64,000 nt of DNA from an uncultured Candidatus Saccharibacteria bacterium (lineage in GTDB: Bacteria > Patescibacteriota > UBA1384 > JAGGWG01 > CAZAJM01): positions 29,803 through 93,802 of the forward strand of contig CAZAJM010000001.1 in the NCBI GenBank assembly GCA_964485625.1, in the 5' to 3' direction. Within the stretch, counting starts at the first letter, position 1. Each line of letters opens with the position of its first letter. The translations under genes were made by a program, and so were the position numbers. A model generated the notes under the pieces. It searched no databases and was not told the DNA's origin. It saw nothing but the letters and a program-made list of their open reading frames with translations. Of this stretch, positions 62,255-64,000 are shown one piece after another.

Positions 62255-63283
62255 ATGAGAGAGTTTCTCTTTGAGAAATTTCTAGGAGGGCTAGTAGAGT
62301 TGCTAGTCTTTTTTAATTTTGCCAAGTGGAGTAAGAAAGTAGATTTAAAAACAGTTGATCCTAGAGCCAGATCGATGATAGAGGCAGCAGAAGAATTAAG
62401 TATTAAGATTTATAATTTAAAGTTGAATAACAAGCAGACTGAAATATTTAAAGCCAGAAAAGATAGAAAAACAGTGATATTCAAGCACTTGCCAATAAGA
62501 GTTGGCTACAAGGCTATCTACCAAAAAAAGATAGATGATAAGTTAGTTTCAAAAAGAATATTGATTAAAAAAAACCTCCCTGCCTCAGAGGGTTTCAATG
62601 CCTATCATTACACTAGATTAGTTGAAGAAAGAGCCAAAGAGATTGGCTTTCCGTTAATCGTTAAGCCCAGAAGAGGCTCTCTGTCTAAAAATATTACCAG
62701 AGAAGTTAATGACTTAAATAAACTAAGAAAGATTTTAAATTCTATCAGTACTCAGATGATGATAGAAAAAGAATATCAAGGTAGAGAGTATCGAGTAACA
62801 TTAGTAGCAGGGAAGATGGTAGCTGCTTGCTTGAGAGAACCTGCCAAGATAACGGGAGATGGTAAAAAAACAGTTAATCAGCTAATAAAGGAGAAAAATA
62901 GAGATAAGAATGACCATCGGAGTGCTACAAAAAGAAAGGTAAAGAGAGTAAAAAAGGAGATTGAGCAAGACTATATTCCTGAAAAAAATGAAACAATTTA
63001 TCTTAGTGATAATATTAACTTAAATTCAGGTGCCCAAATTCATGATGTGACACAAACAGTAAACAAAAAAAACAAAAAAATGTTTGAGAAAGTAGCCAAG
63101 CTTTTTAGCACTAGCATTATTGGCCTAGACTATATTTCAAAGGATATCTCAAAACCATATAAAAAAATTGGTGGAGCAATTATTGAACTAAACTCCTTGC
63201 CATATATTAACATGCACGAGTACCCCCATTATGGCGAGCCCCAAGAGGTGGCAAAGAAAATCTGGCAAGAAGTTCTTAGGTAA
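62255..63283 (+). CDS. ATP-grasp domain protein (ligase of unknown specificity)
   Basis: IGFPLIVKPRRGSLSKNI, EYRVTLVAGKMVAAC and GGAIIELNSLP resemble ATP-grasp B/C-domain motifs. 342 aa. Confidence 0.5.
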   Translation: MREFLFEKFLGGLVELLVFFNFAKWSKKVDLKTVDPRARSMIEAAEELSIKIYNLKLNNKQTEIFKARKDRKTVIFKHLPIRVGYKAIYQKKIDDKLVSKRILIKKNLPASEGFNAYHYTRLVEERAKEIGFPLIVKPRRGSLSKNITREVNDLNKLRKILNSISTQMMIEKEYQGREYRVTLVAGKMVAACLREPAKITGDGKKTVNQLIKEKNRDKNDHRSATKRKVKRVKKEIEQDYIPEKNETIYLSDNINLNSGAQIHDVTQTVNKKNKKMFEKVAKLFSTSIIGLDYISKDISKPYKKIGGAIIELNSLPYINMHEYPHYGEPQEVAKKIWQEVLR

Positions 63284-63318
63284 AAAAACACTTAAACAAG
63301 TAGTAATTATGCAATTGA

Positions 63319-63675
63319 TTAAGCCCTATTGTAGTCGTCTTCTATCCTCTCAATATCATCTTCTCCTAAATAATCTCCAGTTTGGACCTCAATAAAAACT
63401 AGATCTTCTCCCCCTTTGTTCTCTACACGGTGGATATCTCCAGGATTAATTATCACCGTCTCTCCTGGCTTCATCTCCCAAGTCTTCTCGTTTAGGGTCA
63501 TATAGCAGCCCTCGTTGATTGTGGTCCAATTCTCTTGTCTTTTTTGGTGTTTCTGTAAACTTAATCTTTCTCCCGGCATAACAGTGATTCTTTTCACCTT
63601 ATAACCATCTCCTAAGGCGATAATTTCCCACTTACCCCAAGGTCTCTCATCGGACATTTTCTCTTTTTTAGCCAT
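63319..63675 (-). CDS. Cupin-fold protein (mannose-6-phosphate-isomerase-type cupin_2)
   Basis: ERPWGKWEII...KRITVMPGERLSLQKHQKRQENW...PGDIHRVEN with two His-containing cupin motifs. 118 aa. Confidence 0.75.
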   Translation of the reverse strand: MAKKEKMSDERPWGKWEIIALGDGYKVKRITVMPGERLSLQKHQKRQENWTTINEGCYMTLNEKTWEMKPGETVIINPGDIHRVENKGGEDLVFIEVQTGDYLGEDDIERIEDDYNRA

Positions 63676-63765
63676 AATAACTATTAATTTATTACTTTGT
63701 ATTACATATATTATACCCTATAGTAGTTGAAAAATCAGAATAATAGTGATATTCTACCTCTATAG

Positions 63766-63839
63766 GCCCTCGTAGCTCAACTGGATAGAGCGCTTGGCTT
63801 CGGACCAGGAGGTTGCAGGTTCGAATCCTGCCGAGGGTA
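63766..63839 (+). tRNA. tRNA-Arg (anticodon TCG)
   Basis: GCCCTCGTAGCTCAACTGGATAGAGCGCTTGGCTTCGGACCAGGAGGTTGCAGGTTCGAATCCTGCCGAGGGTA. Anticodon loop CTTCGGA. No encoded CCA. Confidence 0.8.
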
Positions 63840-64000
63840 CTTACGAGGTAGGTGGAGAACCTGCTGTCTGTCAGATAGAGATAGGTTCGGCTGAAAGCGT
63901 TTCGACTATAGGCAAGCGAAACTTAAACCTAGGCCAATGGAAGAAGGGCTTTAAGCCCATCGAATCCTGCCGAGGGTACTTGCGAGGTAGGTGAAGAACC
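63821..64000 (+). repeat. 41-nt direct repeat (63821-63861 and 63960-64000; 2 mismatches) comprising the last 19 nt of tRNA-Arg plus 22 nt downstream; the second copy reaches the window edge
   Basis: tcgaatcctgccgagggtactt(a/g)cgaggtaggtg(g/a)agaacc occurs twice, 139 nt apart. The sequence preceding the second copy is not tRNA-like. Confidence 0.7.

Noticed and set aside
63794-63994. 66-aa + strand ORF
   Set aside because: Overlaps tRNA-Arg and the tRNA-3'-end direct repeat; artefact.

Overview
This is a low-GC window of about 38-40% GC, with densely packed, often start/stop-overlapping genes. The small split or truncated genes and the abundant envelope-glycosylation and surface-repeat proteins suggest a Patescibacteria/CPR-like lineage, but that assignment is inference. 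Housekeeping content: a partial clpP-like gene; yebC-ruvC ... ruvA-ruvB with a five-gene insertion between ruvC and ruvA; tsaE-tsaB; an LCP protein; a PpiC rotamase; ddl; uvrC-uvrA-uvrB; and six tRNAs (Asp, His, Gly, Pro, Arg, plus one degenerate tRNA-Asp-like copy). Envelope content: a 1183-aa Gly-rich surface protein with three internal ~270-aa repeats; a lamin-tail-domain protein; a protein O-mannosylation-like cluster (GtrA, two PMT/ArnT-type GT-C, DPM1-like GT2); two GH130-like phosphorylase genes; a processive GT2; an M23 peptidase; an ABC-2 exporter; and an SQD1-like UDP-sulfoquinovose synthase operon. The strongest finding is a complete diversity-generating retroelement (DGR) at 58.2-60.9 kb. 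It comprises a GC-rich target gene with a C-terminal VR, a cognate 109-nt TR that differs from the VR only at 17 TR adenines, an antisense Avd four-helix-bundle gene, and an RT carrying the DGR-specific IGxxxSQ motif. Other points of interest: a tRNA-Asp-adjacent islet of orphan genes carrying duplicated terminator-promoter (5') and ~110-nt (3') flanking modules; a family of GC-rich miniature palindromic repeats (one interrupting the degenerate tRNA-Asp copy); two paralogous DNPH1/nucleoside-2-deoxyribosyltransferase-like genes, one paired with a Nudix and one with an alkyltransferase-like (ATL) gene; a 7TM + RimK-like ATP-grasp/retropepsin fusion + GNAT operon; and three unannotated tandem zinc-ribbon micro-ORFs. 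No rRNA or CRISPR array was seen.
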